Source: a virus
Taxonomy: Duplodnaviria > Caudoviricetes
IMG/VR virus record: IMGVR_UViG_3300025723_000140
Span: 1 to 27,217 of that record
Length of the DNA stretch: 27,217 nt
Direction: 5' to 3' (one strand)
Part shown: piece after piece, positions 25,684-27,217 of the stretch
Numbering within the stretch: the stretch's first letter is position 1
Layout of the letters: each line of letters starts with the position of its first letter
The notes under the pieces: model-generated
What the model was told of the DNA's origin: nothing
What the model saw: the letters and a program-made list of their open reading frames with translations, nothing else
Database searches by the model: none
Position numbers and translations under genes: made by a program

Positions 25684-26109
25684 CTAAGAAATTACTACCG
25701 TTACTGTACCAATTTGCCCATAACCTTTCAAGTCATCTGGCGTTAAAACATTGTCAAACAGCCTAGAACCCCCGACTGGATTCCAGCCCCATTGAAAGAT
25801 CCTACTGCCCATATCTTGATTGCCTAGTCCATTTGGACCAATACCAGTCAAGTTAATCTGCAATCCATTTGTACCAGATGCAAAATAACTAACATCAGGG
25901 CGTGGTTCCCGAACCGCTTGCGGATCGTTAACTGGGTACATACCCAATTGTAACTGAGGATGATCAGGATCCCAACACTCATGGCACACTTTAATCTTAT
26001 ACGGCTTGGTTTTAACCGTCTGCGTCCGAAGCTCCTTGAGCATGAATCTTTGGTCGCATCTATCACATTCGGCAATTGCCCATTTGCCAGAAGCAAATTG
26101 ATTAGGCAT
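25684..26109 (-). CDS. Zinc-finger neck-associated protein
   Basis: 141 aa; CDRC...CHECWDPDHPQ...DPQAVREPRPD. Confidence 0.7.
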   Translation of the reverse strand: MPNQFASGKWAIAECDRCDQRFMLKELRTQTVKTKPYKIKVCHECWDPDHPQLQLGMYPVNDPQAVREPRPDVSYFASGTNGLQINLTGIGPNGLGNQDMGSRIFQWGWNPVGGSRLFDNVLTPDDLKGYGQIGTVTVVIS

Positions 26110-26111
26110 TT

Positions 26112-27044
26112 TTAACTTCCTCTACCGTAGAACGTCATCCTTGGTACAAACCGTATAGGAGCCTTATCTCGATCTTCATCTGCCGCCAATTGAAACTGTT
26201 GTTCGTAATCCGCTTTAAGCATCGGAATGCGGTTCATATCCATGTCTGGCAACTTTGTTGCAAGCTGATATGCTAATCCAGCAACCATACAAGGAATGAA
26301 ACGGAAAGGAATGTCTTGTACATAAGCACCTGTACCAGCGTCTTGAATGCGGCGCAAACGATAATAAACGAACAAATACTGGTTTCCGGGTGCATTTGGC
26401 GTCGGCCATACATTAATAGACGGTAAATTTTGTACTGTTACGATAGCACCAGCGTTATGAGCCGTAGCCGTTGTGCCATTTTGACCACGAGCGCAATTGA
26501 TTAGTTGATTTCCGTTGACATTTGGATAGCTAATAATTTCATTATCTAGCTGGATAAAGCCTGCAGAAGCTAATCCCGATGCATTTGAAAGAGTAATTGT
26601 GGTATCTGTAGACGATACATTAGCCGTTGTAACCGCTGTGGTAGGGTTAGCTTGTCCTGATTGACGGTTAATATATACCTGAATTGGGCGCCCCTGTGCG
26701 AGCTTATTAGGCAGGCTCATGTAGGTCGGCTCAGCAATACGACTGATATTGATGTCGATCTGGTTAGAAGTACCGTTATTTTGGCGTATAACAGTGTCCA
26801 TGAGGTCGATTGTGTCTACTGGTAAGGGGTACATAGCCTGACCCGTTACCATCGGTATAACGCCCTGTTCTACGGTCCACAGATTAATGCCCCGATTAGC
26901 CCATTCAATCGTTAATAGATTGAGTGATCGTCTAGCTGTACGAAAATCATAACCAGAACGTAACTCTTTACCGACTCTCTCGAAAGCCTCTTCTATTAAG
27001 TCGTTTACATCGAGATTAAAACCAGTGGTTCCGGTAGTACTCAT
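26112..27044 (-). CDS. Head-tail adaptor-like protein with inserted beta domain
   Basis: 310 aa; IEEAFER...ARRSLNLL..EWANRG, GRP.Q, VWPTP, PFRFIPCMVAGLAY. Confidence 0.7.
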   Translation of the reverse strand: MSTTGTTGFNLDVNDLIEEAFERVGKELRSGYDFRTARRSLNLLTIEWANRGINLWTVEQGVIPMVTGQAMYPLPVDTIDLMDTVIRQNNGTSNQIDINISRIAEPTYMSLPNKLAQGRPIQVYINRQSGQANPTTAVTTANVSSTDTTITLSNASGLASAGFIQLDNEIISYPNVNGNQLINCARGQNGTTATAHNAGAIVTVQNLPSINVWPTPNAPGNQYLFVYYRLRRIQDAGTGAYVQDIPFRFIPCMVAGLAYQLATKLPDMDMNRIPMLKADYEQQFQLAADEDRDKAPIRFVPRMTFYGRGS

Positions 27045-27217
27045 GCCAATTTATCCATTTTTGCTTGCAAGCGTTTGGCTGCTAATGCTGCATGTGCTTT
27101 TTCCATGCCACGTTTTTTAGCAGAAATACTAATATTTTTTTTATGCTCTTCAGTAAAGATTTTACCAGTCATGGCAATAGACTGTCGGTTTTTTTGATCA
27201 TCCGATAAAGGCTTGCC
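27041..27217 (-). CDS. 3' end of a NUMOD3-repeat protein, probably a homing endonuclease (partial)
   Basis: Not in the ORF track. Translates GKPLSDDQKNRQSIAMTGKIFTEEHKKNISISAKKRGMEKAHAALAAKRLQAKMDKLA*; two NUMOD3-like units; ATGA overlap with the 310-aa gene. Confidence 0.7.
   Translation of the reverse strand, partial: GKPLSDDQKNRQSIAMTGKIFTEEHKKNISISAKKRGMEKAHAALAAKRLQAKMDKLA

Noticed and set aside
1078-25766. All plus-strand ORFs in the track
   Set aside because: They are antisense shadows of long minus-strand genes with no recognisable motifs; the Pro-rich ones simply mirror Gly codons.

Overview
The whole window is one tightly packed, minus-strand late (virion) operon of a tailed phage with a short, podovirus-like tail. 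No sheath, tail tube or tape-measure gene is visible, and no tRNA, CRISPR array or integrase. In transcription order (right to left): the end of a NUMOD3 homing-endonuclease-like gene; two adaptor-like neck proteins flanking a Zn-finger and two small basic proteins; a conserved structural protein; a free-standing HNH endonuclease; a fibre region (388-aa fibre, four glycine-rich paralogues interrupted by a 120-aa protein, a cupin and a 64-aa module, a 17 x 22-aa repeat protein, a 315-aa fibre plus chaperone); a lysis cassette (holin-like, overlapping lipoprotein, GH108 endolysin); a nozzle/stabilisation protein; and four putative ejection proteins, one with an SLT domain and one a 1911-aa polyvalent protein (ddrB-ParB-like, HExxH, LPD38-like). 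The most interesting patterns are: (1) a recurrent [FYAN]-A/S-x-G-G motif that punctuates three ejection proteins, together with a tape-measure-like 'GEFV' domain, a possible processing system; (2) enrichment of small-residue-Asn motifs (ANT/ANV/ANI) in the exposed virion proteins, a possible glycosylation signature; (3) a mosaic 2+2 array of glycine-rich adhesins with an embedded cupin; (4) a lipoprotein overprinted on the holin. All family assignments come from recalled motifs; no searches were run.
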